From a virus, in the IMG/VR virus record IMGVR_UViG_3300009151_000034, positions 32,001 through 96,000 of that record: a stretch of DNA of 64,000 nucleotides, one strand, 5' to 3'. Every line of letters starts with the position of its first letter. Within the stretch, counting starts at the first letter, position 1. The notes beneath the pieces are model-generated. The model was not told the DNA's origin and searched no databases. It was given only the letters and a program-made list of their open reading frames with translations. Shown one piece after another: positions 55,745 to 64,000 of this stretch. A program made the translations under genes and the position numbers.

Positions 55745-57223
55745 TTAGCTTTTAGAAATACCTCTTTTGTTTAGTTCATCATCAATCTTTTGAAGTTTTT
55801 TCTTGGCCTCTGTCATCTTCTCCTTATATTCTACACGGTCGTTATACATCTTTTCCATAAGAGCAGGCAAGAACCCTTGCTTATCCTTACGATACATTGT
55901 GCCGTTGGCAGCATAAGCATATTCGTCTTGAAGATTACCAAGACTACCTTCTAGCAATTCATCAAGACTAGGCCAACCATCTTCGGCTTTCTCAATAAAT
56001 GTTTCGGGTGAAATATTATATTGCATAATCAAATGTGGGTATAGGCTGTTCAAGTCAAACGAGACAACCCACTTGCTAAGGCCCAACCTGGGCTCCTTGA
56101 CATAACCACCAATAAGTTCTTGGTCGAAAGTATTGATCTTCATTCTTGGAACAACAATGCATCGATCCATCAGGTAATTGTGAATGATAATATCCCAAGG
56201 TCGAACCGTAGTAAAAGTGTCAGCATAGTTTACCTTGGCGTCATATGCGAAGGCGATGACCTGTTCGATAAACTTTAACTTTTCTTCAAGTAGATCAATG
56301 AGCGTAACGTCATGCACGTTGTAGTCAATGAACATTTCGAAGTTGCGCTGATACATATCATCAAGTGAAACATATCCTTCGGTTTTGTAATCAAGCTTTT
56401 TCTGACCTAAGACCTTCTCGGCAATATGATCTAGCTTATAGCTTTCTTCGTTACCAAAAGAAAACTTCTTATATAATGCATAATAATCAAGCACATTGAT
56501 ACCGGCAGGAACATACACAGTCATTTCCTTGCCGTGGATTTCAATTTTACGCTCGTTCAAAAATCCCCAAGGCGAAAGAAGATTTGCTTCTTTGTTACCA
56601 AGTATACGTTTGATACGATTTACTATATACGGAATATCAAAAAATTCTATGTTCCAACCAGTGATAATATCAGGAAGAAATCGACCTGACTGCCATACAC
56701 GGAGAAATTTGGTTAATAAATCATGTTCGTCTTTGCAATGAAGATATGTTACTTTATCTGACTTAGACTTGTATGGTTTAAGACCCAATACTACCTTTTC
56801 ACCACGACGACTAACCGTGATTGCCGTGATTTCTTTATCTGCCGTTTCGATATTAGGAAACCCACCAGAGGAATCTGTTTCGATATCGATGCTGATAATA
56901 TTGATCTTACCAACATCATAATGAATATCACCATGAAAATTATCATAGATATAAAGATACGCAAAGTTTTCAAGACCATAGATAGGCTTGCCTGAAACAT
57001 TATCAAAAATCTTAAGATGATCTTTGGCTTCTTTAATAGTATTGAATGGCATCTTGATCAGCGGAGTTCCATCCAAAAGACGAAATTCTGTCTGAGCATT
57101 CTTTGGTGCTAATTCGAAAAGATAGGGAGAATATGGGATTTTTTCAGCTACACGTTCGCCATTCTTATAACCACGAACATAAACCTTGTCACCTCTAGCA
57201 AAAACATTAGTATAAAAATCCAC
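55745..57223 (-). CDS. gp43: DNA polymerase B, N-terminal subunit (exonuclease plus motif A)
   Basis: DIET..GWN..FD..YKLD..YN..D..SFDLNSLYPH. Confidence 0.95.
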   Translation of the reverse strand: MDFYTNVFARGDKVYVRGYKNGERVAEKIPYSPYLFELAPKNAQTEFRLLDGTPLIKMPFNTIKEAKDHLKIFDNVSGKPIYGLENFAYLYIYDNFHGDIHYDVGKINIISIDIETDSSGGFPNIETADKEITAITVSRRGEKVVLGLKPYKSKSDKVTYLHCKDEHDLLTKFLRVWQSGRFLPDIITGWNIEFFDIPYIVNRIKRILGNKEANLLSPWGFLNERKIEIHGKEMTVYVPAGINVLDYYALYKKFSFGNEESYKLDHIAEKVLGQKKLDYKTEGYVSLDDMYQRNFEMFIDYNVHDVTLIDLLEEKLKFIEQVIAFAYDAKVNYADTFTTVRPWDIIIHNYLMDRCIVVPRMKINTFDQELIGGYVKEPRLGLSKWVVSFDLNSLYPHLIMQYNISPETFIEKAEDGWPSLDELLEGSLGNLQDEYAYAANGTMYRKDKQGFLPALMEKMYNDRVEYKEKMTEAKKKLQKIDDELNKRGISKS

Positions 57224-57279
57224 ATTATTCTCCTATCTCATTCAATGTTCAGCAGTATACTATGAGACGGCTGTGGATG

Positions 57280-57894
57280 TCAAGAGAAAAGTTCTAGTGC
57301 TTCCTTGTAGATTTCTTCACGTTCTTGAAGTCCGATTGTTCCACCATTAATACGTTTTGTTGCGCCCAAACAATCTTGACGATCAGCAAACCCATTCAGA
57401 CCATGTTTGTTCCAAAACCAGCCAGCAGACATACATGCACCTTCTGGTGTTTGCATATAGTCAACAGCCTCATCAATGCTCATTCCATTATCTGTTGCAA
57501 ATCCGTGATAATTATCATGTCCTGTGATTTGAATAAATCCACGGCCCCGAAACTTATAGCCATCACCAGATGCTTCGCTACCATTTCCCATACGATTGCT
57601 ATAGACGCGGTTAGCAATTTTTTCTGGTTGATGTGCATATTCTGAAGTATTTACGTTATGAAAATACTTTGGAAAAACTACTGCTAGACGTTCTCCACGA
57701 TAATTCAAACTTTCTTCGGTAATTGTAAGACCACCAGATTCATGACCAACTTGAGCCAAGAACATAGCAATACGTTCTGGGGTATTGATTTCATATTTTT
57801 CAAGCGTTTCATTAAGTGCATCAATATATTTTTTTAGAACAACCGCTTTTGTTGATTCAAAAAGTGATTGAAGTTGATTGAGTGTTACTACCAT
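57280..57894 (-). CDS. Endolysin, glycoside hydrolase family 19
   Basis: FLAQVGHES..E.LNY..DG.KFRGRG.IQITG..NY..INGG. Confidence 0.92.
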   Translation of the reverse strand: MVVTLNQLQSLFESTKAVVLKKYIDALNETLEKYEINTPERIAMFLAQVGHESGGLTITEESLNYRGERLAVVFPKYFHNVNTSEYAHQPEKIANRVYSNRMGNGSEASGDGYKFRGRGFIQITGHDNYHGFATDNGMSIDEAVDYMQTPEGACMSAGWFWNKHGLNGFADRQDCLGATKRINGGTIGLQEREEIYKEALELFS

Positions 57895-57907
57895 GTTTAT
57901 TCTCCAT

Positions 57908-57938
57908 AAAAAAAGGGAGCCATAAAAAGCTCCCCTTT
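57908..57938 (-). terminator. Intrinsic terminator
   Basis: GGGAGC-loop-GCTCCC with T-tract. Confidence 0.8.
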
Positions 57939-57940
57939 AT

Positions 57941-58105
57941 TTATCTATCGTAATAGCCTTTTCCGATTGCATGGATATCATATTTGGTGATGCCCATGTC
58001 TTTTAGTTCGCGCTCATCTAAGTTTGATAAACTAATTAACATACTTTGATGCTTGAAATGGTTTTTCACCCAACTAGTGAATTGGGCGATTGCGTTTTTA
58101 AACAT
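57941..58105 (-). CDS. DUF1127 small protein
   Basis: LSNLDERELKDMGITK.DI. Confidence 0.8.
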   Translation of the reverse strand: MFKNAIAQFTSWVKNHFKHQSMLISLSNLDERELKDMGITKYDIHAIGKGYYDR

Positions 58106-58112
58106 TTTTTTA

Positions 58113-58610
58113 TTACTCCTGAAGGAATTTTTTGTTTTTACCAGCCTTAGAATCTTCACTAGCATCATTGATATTAATTTTCTTTGGCTTCTTTGATTCG
58201 GGGATGATGTGTTCTAGCCAGACCTTAAGCATACCGTTAAGTAATTCGGCATTCTGAATTTCTACATTGTCGGCTAGGGTGAATTTGCGGGTAAAAGCAC
58301 GATCTGCAATGCCTTTATATACATAAGCCGTGCTGTCTTCTGCTGCTGTATTTACAGCTAGATTTCCTTTGATTAGTAAAGTATTTTCCTCAAGAGTAAG
58401 TTCAATGTCTTGCTTTGAAAAACCAGCAACTGCCATTTCGATAACATATTTGTTATCTTCAACTTTTTTGATATTATATGGGGGGAATGTGCCAGTCATT
58501 GCGGTATTTGCAAGTTCGGCTAATCTTTTTGCCATATGATCGGCTCCTACGAAGTAACGATCAATATTGGACGTATTAATATTATAAATTTTCCAAAAGT
58601 CTGTTGTCAT
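58113..58610 (-). CDS. Small heat-shock protein Hsp20 (IbpA-like)
   Basis: PPYNI..AVAGF..GIA.RAF.R.F.LA..NGML..IPE. Confidence 0.93.
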   Translation of the reverse strand: MTTDFWKIYNINTSNIDRYFVGADHMAKRLAELANTAMTGTFPPYNIKKVEDNKYVIEMAVAGFSKQDIELTLEENTLLIKGNLAVNTAAEDSTAYVYKGIADRAFTRKFTLADNVEIQNAELLNGMLKVWLEHIIPESKKPKKININDASEDSKAGKNKKFLQE

Positions 58611-58616
58611 TTAAGA

Positions 58617-58633
58617 CCTCCTATTAAGCGAGG
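58617..58633 (-). promoter_or_regulatory. ROSE-like RNA thermometer
   Basis: CCUCGCU-UAAU-AGGAGG hairpin with bulged G over the SD. Confidence 0.6.
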
Positions 58634-58709
58634 GTTGTTGTAGTATTCCATGTGACCTCGAAAGCATCACATAAACTTATTTAGTGCTGGGAAACGAATT
58701 TTCAAGCCT

Positions 58710-58913
58710 TCAGTGATAATTATTTTCCATTTTTTCTTTGGTAGTTATATAAAGCTCACTTGTGTCTTCGTCGTATATAAATACGGGAGTGAGATTTGCC
58801 ATTTTGAATTCTATTGATGCATGTAATAATGTATTAAATGCATTATCCAAATCTTCGCTATCTAAATCTGTGGCAGAATTTTTTATAACATGTTCAGGAA
58901 TTTCATATAGCAT
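58710..58913 (-). CDS. Hypothetical protein
   Basis: Start at MLYEIPE. Confidence 0.55.
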   Translation of the reverse strand: MLYEIPEHVIKNSATDLDSEDLDNAFNTLLHASIEFKMANLTPVFIYDEDTSELYITTKEKMENNYH

Positions 58914-58938
58914 ATTGTTATAACCCCAGGAGTATCTT

Positions 58939-59292
58939 ATGAATCGAATAGCGATATATTTATTTATTGGAATGTTTGTGTTCGGAACTATTGGCACCGC
59001 ATATTACCAATGGAAAAAAAACATTGAGCACGAAGCCTTGTTAGAATTTAATCAAAAGCAAATGGAAAAGAATATAAAAGACCAACAAGAGTTTTCCAAA
59101 AAGCAACAAGAAATTGCCCAGCAGCAACAAGAAGCTTCAGCAATGCTTATCCAACAAAATGCCCAGCTAACATCAAAAATTAAATCGATTGACGGGTATT
59201 TAAGTTCTGATGCAGCCAAGAAAGGCGATAGACCAAGCTCAGATGTTATCAAAAAAACTATCGATATGATCCAACAAGGAAACGTAAAATGA
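58939..59292 (+). CDS. Inner-membrane spanin (Rz-like)
   Basis: N-terminal TM plus coiled coil; followed by overlapping lipoprotein. Confidence 0.7.
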   Translation: MNRIAIYLFIGMFVFGTIGTAYYQWKKNIEHEALLEFNQKQMEKNIKDQQEFSKKQQEIAQQQQEASAMLIQQNAQLTSKIKSIDGYLSSDAAKKGDRPSSDVIKKTIDMIQQGNVK

Positions 59293-59582
59293 AATATTTG
59301 TTATTAACCGGATTGTGTGCTCTGGTTGCATGTTCTGACCCTACACCAGAAATCATAACAAGCACAAAACATCTTGTTGTCATGCCAGATTCATCAATGT
59401 TTGAGTGTCCGTTGATTTCTACTTTTCCTAATACTAAAACTCTTACAGACATTCAGGTTGCTAGTCTAGTTAAAGAATTATATCGAAATAACAAACAATG
59501 TTACACTAATATTAATGCTGTTAAAGAATTCTTAGAACATGCCAAGAAAACCGCTGATACTAAGGAAGAAATAACTAAGTAA
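59289..59582 (+). CDS. Outer-membrane spanin lipoprotein (Rz1-like)
   Basis: Lipobox LVAC; Pro/Cys pattern; ATGA overlap. Confidence 0.7.
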   Translation: MKYLLLTGLCALVACSDPTPEIITSTKHLVVMPDSSMFECPLISTFPNTKTLTDIQVASLVKELYRNNKQCYTNINAVKEFLEHAKKTADTKEEITK

Positions 59583-59671
59583 TAATAGCACGGAACCCGT
59601 TTTCGCACTTTCCGGGGTTTGCTGATATTGAAGGAGAAGTGGTTGGCAGATATCAGACGTGCTTTATAAAA

Positions 59672-59742
59672 AGTTCCGTGCCGGAATCGAACCAGCCTAG
59701 AAGGATTTGCAGTCCTTCACATAACCAATCTGCCAACGGAAC
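59672..59742 (-). tRNA. tRNA-Cys(GCA), CCA not encoded
   Basis: GTTCCGT/ACGGAAC-T, AAGGA-CTGCAAA-TCCTT. Confidence 0.88.
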
Positions 59743-59747
59743 ATATT

Positions 59748-59822
59748 TGGTAGGGACGGATGGATTTGAACCACCGGCATCAAGTGTCAGAGACTTGCGT
59801 TCTACCGCTGAACTACATCCCT
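59748..59822 (-). tRNA. tRNA-Gln(CTG)
   Basis: AGGGATG/CGTCCCT-ACCA, CAAGT-CTCTGAC-ACTTG. Confidence 0.85.
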
Positions 59823-59835
59823 ATATTATAATATT

Positions 59836-59909
59836 TGGTAGCGATTGAAGGAATCGAACCCACATTAGCGGAGTCAAAGGCCGCCGTCCTACCGTTGAAC
59901 GAAATCGCC
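59836..59909 (-). tRNA. tRNA-Gln(TTG)
   Basis: GGCGATT/AATCGCT-ACCA, loop CTTTGAC; two stem mismatches. Confidence 0.8.
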
Positions 59910-59919
59910 ATTAATTTTT

Positions 59920-60123
59920 TTATGCGTAAAAGTCTGTTTTAATACTAGGGGCAACAGAAACTACTAGCTGCCCATCATCATTAAAAACTTTAGCATGACC
60001 ATCATTTGTTTCTGCTTCTTTTAAGGCTTCTTCAAATGTTCCGAATCGTTTTTCTTCTACATCTAAGCCACCACCAAACCAACGGTGTGTGATAACTCTA
60101 TATATTTTTTGAAATAAATTCAA
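59920..60123 (-). CDS. Hypothetical protein
   Basis: ORF downstream of the glycosyltransferase. Confidence 0.55.
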   Translation of the reverse strand: MNLFQKIYRVITHRWFGGGLDVEEKRFGTFEEALKEAETNDGHAKVFNDDGQLVVSVAPSIKTDFYA

Positions 60124-60124
60124 T

Positions 60125-61180
60125 TTACGATTCCTTACAATATTTAAGCCAAATCTTTCCGGTTTTGTTCGTGTATCGTGTTAAAGAAAATTGATTCGCC
60201 AAAACATTCAACTGAGGATATTTATAAGAATATTCAAGTTTCTTTACGATATCCTTAGTGCTAGTTGGAACAGCAGTTGTTCCCCAGGCTGCCCAAGGTA
60301 ATTCGTTAGATGAAACAACAGGAACCCCTTGGCTAATCATATCTGCCGAAACGATATTAAAAGTTTCGCTAAAACTAACTTGCAGGCCCATATCCATTTG
60401 ACCACAACATTTAAGAAACTCTTCATGAGGCAACCACCCATAATCAAACATTCTATGTCCTCGATTGTATAGATGTTGGAATAATCCACGAAGATTATGT
60501 AATATAGGTTCACCTTTCATTTCAATTCGGCCTGTATTGACATAAAAATGTAGTTTCTTATCAATATTTTCTGCGAATTGAATAGCTGCATGAGCCTGAA
60601 TCAAATGATTTTTTAAAGGTCTTACTGCACCAAAACATCCAATGTCAATATATTCTTTATCTCGATTGAATGATTTACTTTTAAAATATTGTGGATAATA
60701 ATTCGGAAGATAAATTACCCGCTCAGAAGTTTTTGCATCTGTCCAGTAATTCTTTCGTTTCAAAAAAGAAGCAATTTCTTCATAGAACCTTGGAGAATTA
60801 CATGCAATAACAATATTTTTGAAACCAGAATAATCTCCAATCCAATCCATTGCCATACCTTCACCCGCCATAAAAGGCATTTCGCTATGGAGTCGAATAA
60901 TCCATGTGACTTTAGGATGAAGTTTTTCTAGGACTGCAAATTTTGAAGGAACTACCCACAAAGCTTCAATAATAACATGAGTGGGGTTAAATTTTGTGAC
61001 TTCTCTATCGATATCGTTATTATCAACCACCACAACCAATTTACTTAATACGCCATTTTCTATAAGGTTTCTGTGGACGAATGACGCAGAATTATAAAGA
61101 CCCGTGCTGAGACCAATATGAGAGTGGACAACAGCATTATAGTCTTCGCGGCGTTTTAAAATAAACAAGACTTTTTTCAT
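60125..61180 (-). CDS. Glycosyltransferase (GT-B)
   Basis: FGAVRPLKN..SFSETFNIV.AD..GVPVV. Confidence 0.8.
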   Translation of the reverse strand: MKKVLFILKRREDYNAVVHSHIGLSTGLYNSASFVHRNLIENGVLSKLVVVVDNNDIDREVTKFNPTHVIIEALWVVPSKFAVLEKLHPKVTWIIRLHSEMPFMAGEGMAMDWIGDYSGFKNIVIACNSPRFYEEIASFLKRKNYWTDAKTSERVIYLPNYYPQYFKSKSFNRDKEYIDIGCFGAVRPLKNHLIQAHAAIQFAENIDKKLHFYVNTGRIEMKGEPILHNLRGLFQHLYNRGHRMFDYGWLPHEEFLKCCGQMDMGLQVSFSETFNIVSADMISQGVPVVSSNELPWAAWGTTAVPTSTKDIVKKLEYSYKYPQLNVLANQFSLTRYTNKTGKIWLKYCKES

Positions 61181-61343
61181 AATATACTCATGAGATGATA
61201 GGATGTGAACAGAGGAACATTCTTATTTATCATCAAGTATATTGAATTAGTGTGACAACAGAATTAAATTTAATTATCTTTACAGACAAAGAATTTTTAT
61301 AAATATACCACTTATAGAAATATCACTAAAAGGTGCCAGCGAG

Positions 61344-62168
61344 ATGAAAAATATCTTAGTTGCTTTAGGTTTGGTTGTTGTTTTATTATTTAATTGTTCT
61401 GCTTTAGGTCAAGTAACCCCACCAGAAATAGCAGAAATTAAAAAATCAGGTCAGCTTGTGGTAGGTATGACTAGTTTCGATAATCTTCCGTTTTATGCAA
61501 AATACGGCGATGATGTTATTGGACTAGATGCTGATATTGCTCGAAAAGTTGCACAAATACTTAACGTTAAAGTTGTTTTTCGTAGAGATGCATCAACGTT
61601 TCAAGATGTTGTTGAGCAAGTAAAACGCGGCGAATCAAATATAGCCATTTCAAAACTTAGCATAACTCCACCAAGATTGATAGCCGTAAGATTTTCAGAC
61701 CCATATGTTAAACTTCACCAGGGGTTGTTGGTCAATCGATTATGGTTGAGCGGGGCTGAAAATGGAAGGTCGTTACCAAAAGTAATGAGAAATTTTGATG
61801 GTGGGATTGCATTTATTCAAAACACTGCATATGACACATTTGCAAGAAGCAATTTTCCCAAAGCAACCTTTATGCCAAAAGAAAATTGGGAACAAGTTTT
61901 GGAGGCGGTTATCAATGGAAATGCAGCATTAGCTTATCGTGATGAATTCGAAATCAAAAGAATTTCGATTGAACGTCCAGAAAGTAATATAACAACAAAG
62001 GCCATTACATTAACCGATAGCACAGATTATATTGCAGCAGTTGTTGATTTTCGCCACACGCAATTACTAGAAATTGTTAATTTTGTGATCAAAAACGATT
62101 TTAATGATATCGATGTGCGTAAATTGATTACGATGTATCAGGCCATGCAGAAAAAGTTAAGCAAATGA
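61344..62168 (+). CDS. Amino-acid substrate-binding protein (SBP family 3)
   Basis: Signal peptide; G.LVVG..PF..GLD.DIA..SITP.R..FSDPY; TATAAATA at 61298. Confidence 0.85.
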   Translation: MKNILVALGLVVVLLFNCSALGQVTPPEIAEIKKSGQLVVGMTSFDNLPFYAKYGDDVIGLDADIARKVAQILNVKVVFRRDASTFQDVVEQVKRGESNIAISKLSITPPRLIAVRFSDPYVKLHQGLLVNRLWLSGAENGRSLPKVMRNFDGGIAFIQNTAYDTFARSNFPKATFMPKENWEQVLEAVINGNAALAYRDEFEIKRISIERPESNITTKAITLTDSTDYIAAVVDFRHTQLLEIVNFVIKNDFNDIDVRKLITMYQAMQKKLSK

Positions 62169-63427
62169 TCAAAAAAACACTGACAAGTCCATTCACCATA
62201 TTATTAAGTATTACCATAGGGGTATTGGCTGGTGTCTGGTATCCTGCCGAAAGCCAATTATTTGAAGGTGTTGGTGGTATATATCTTAGTCTGTTAAAAG
62301 TCGTTGTGCTACCATTCTTGTTAGCCACGATATTAGTTGGTATCGTAAGCCTTCTTCAACGAGAAGGTGCCAGCAACATGATCAAAAAAATAATGATTGG
62401 GTTTATGCTTAGTATGGTCTTATCTGGTGCTATTGGTATTGCGGCAGTAAAATTAACATCAGGTGAAATGACTAACGAAAAGAAAATCATGCTGGGCAAT
62501 TTAGTCAATAGCAAAGATAATGGCACCAATAGTTTTGAAATGACTTTACAGGTAACAAACACCCCCGAAGAAAAAACAAATCCATTCGAAATCTTTAATA
62601 AATTCATTCCAGAAAATATCTTCCAGGCACTTAACCTAGGAGAAAGTCTAAAGGTTGTCGTATTTTGTCTTATCTTTGGTATAAGTCTTGGTAATATCAA
62701 GAGTGCCGGTCAGCAAGCAATTCTTGATATTTTAAAAACAATTCAGCAGGCATCAATTTCAATTTTCAAATTTCTCAATTATTTGTTGCCATTCGCTCTA
62801 CTTGCAATGATTTCAAGTCAAGTGGGCAAAGTAGGAATATCAATTTTTGAAATGATGTTCGAATTCATATACCAACAAGCACTAGGCGGATTGTTGATAA
62901 TTATTGTCGGAACATTAGTTATCTGGATGCGTAGTAAAGTTAGTATTTTAAAAGTAATATCAGAAGTCAAACAAACTTTAATTATTGCGGTTAGTTCAAG
63001 AAGTGCGCTTGCCTGTATCCCATATGCCCAGGATGCACTTACCAAATTAAAATTTGAAACAAATAATGTAGAATTATTGGTTCCTCTTGGCTTCACTGTC
63101 AATCGAATAGGCAGCATTTGTTATTATGCCATTGCCACGATTTTCATTGCGAACATATATGGAGTTGATCTCGGTGTATCGGGTTTGATTATAGTTTTAT
63201 TTGGAAGTATGTTAGCGGGTCTTGCATCAGCGGGAACTACAGGTGTATTGACGGTAGCAACGGTGGCGATTGTTTGTGACCTATTAAAACTACCACATGA
63301 AGCCGCTATCGTTCTTCTTATCGCAGTCGATCCGATAATGGATATGATTCGCACAGCCAGTCACGTATATGGAAACGTTGCAGTATCAAGTTTTGTTTGT
63401 TCAAAGGAATTAATTATCAAGGAGTAA
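62165..63427 (+). CDS. Dicarboxylate/amino acid:cation symporter (DAACS/GltP family)
   Basis: IPENIF..SSRS.A.IP..PLG.TVN..D...DM.RT..V.G. Confidence 0.88.
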   Translation: MIKKTLTSPFTILLSITIGVLAGVWYPAESQLFEGVGGIYLSLLKVVVLPFLLATILVGIVSLLQREGASNMIKKIMIGFMLSMVLSGAIGIAAVKLTSGEMTNEKKIMLGNLVNSKDNGTNSFEMTLQVTNTPEEKTNPFEIFNKFIPENIFQALNLGESLKVVVFCLIFGISLGNIKSAGQQAILDILKTIQQASISIFKFLNYLLPFALLAMISSQVGKVGISIFEMMFEFIYQQALGGLLIIIVGTLVIWMRSKVSILKVISEVKQTLIIAVSSRSALACIPYAQDALTKLKFETNNVELLVPLGFTVNRIGSICYYAIATIFIANIYGVDLGVSGLIIVLFGSMLAGLASAGTTGVLTVATVAIVCDLLKLPHEAAIVLLIAVDPIMDMIRTASHVYGNVAVSSFVCSKELIIKE

Positions 63428-63433
63428 TCAACT

Positions 63434-64000
63434 ATGGATTTTAAAGACACATTCTTCAAAACTTTAGAATGGGTCGGACATAATCCACTCCGTCTAGTTA
63501 TATTATTAGTCATAGGTGTATTCGGAATGGGTGCATGGTTCGTCTACACTGAAAAAGATGCATTTATGGCTTCTTATAGAGCACAGCAAGCCTTACCACG
63601 TATGAATGGCAAATATGAAGAAGCTGTAGGATTTGTTTTAAAAGAAGGCAATGCCGACATGGTTGCCATATTTGAAGTAAATCCGCTTCTTAATACAAGA
63701 AAATTGGTGTATCTTGTAATGAAAGATACAGGCAGAGTCAAATCTTACGATGGCACTGAGGTAGGTCTATTCACAAAAGACTTAGATAATAATAGAGATG
63801 TTATTGCTTTGATGAGTGGCCAAATGCCATGTAGTGATTATAAAAAACCACAAAGTTATATGGGTTTTGTTTATGTCAGAGCAGGAATAACTCATATGTG
63901 CAGAGTCAGCGTTCCACCCGATCCTAGCAAATTCATTGGACAGATATCTGTGGGTTGGAAAGTCAAACCAGAAGACGACGACGCTATGCGGACTGTAATA
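63434..64000 (+). CDS. Membrane-anchored protein with periplasmic GAF-like domain, T-holin-like (3' part outside window)
   Basis: Manual translation: N-terminal TM, ...C..C..VPP..FIGQISVGW. Confidence 0.45.
   Translation, partial: MDFKDTFFKTLEWVGHNPLRLVILLVIGVFGMGAWFVYTEKDAFMASYRAQQALPRMNGKYEEAVGFVLKEGNADMVAIFEVNPLLNTRKLVYLVMKDTGRVKSYDGTEVGLFTKDLDNNRDVIALMSGQMPCSDYKKPQSYMGFVYVRAGITHMCRVSVPPDPSKFIGQISVGWKVKPEDDDAMRTVI

Noticed and set aside
59587-59663. Hammerhead ribozyme
   Set aside because: CTGATAT and GCAAA do not match the CUGAnGA/GAAA core.
1-64000. Stop-codon reassignment as the cause of split genes
   Set aside because: Core genes are intact in code 11 and use TAA, TGA and TAG as stops. 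The breaks involve frame changes or inserts, and no suppressor tRNA is seen.

Overview
AT-rich segment of a large T4-like (Tevenvirinae-like) myophage genome. The host is probably an alphaproteobacterium (inferred from DUF1127, a ROSE-like hsp20 leader and class II RNR). In order, the window holds: a baseplate/tail module (gp53, gp48, gp4, gp2, gp54, gp26/gp51, a holin-like gene, two paralogous tape-measure-like proteins with cell-wall hydrolase domains); gp32-gp59-gp33; a tRNA cluster; an early host-takeover region of small genes each with its own sigma70 promoter; an AAA ATPase, PhoH and a split RNase H; a heptose-nucleotide biosynthesis/glycosyltransferase cluster; NrdJ and ThyX; an array of QVxx-repeat micro-ORFs beside a DUF6745-like gene; primase; late virion/internal proteins; a gp41 helicase fractured by an atypical split intein and a free-standing HNH gene; UvsX; a split gp43 polymerase; endolysin, hsp20 and spanins; a second tRNA cluster; and a late amino-acid transporter pair. 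The top observations are: (1) the second gp43 subunit needs a +1 shift at a prfB-like AAGGTG-CAA-CTT-TAA-C site inside catalytic motif B; (2) three replication genes are split, each with an antisense TATAAATA late promoter in the gap; (3) an NDP-heptose pathway linked to a glycosyltransferase; (4) the QVxx micro-ORF array; (5) a probable -1 frameshift fusing gp26 to gp51. All family assignments come from motif recognition by eye, with no database searches.
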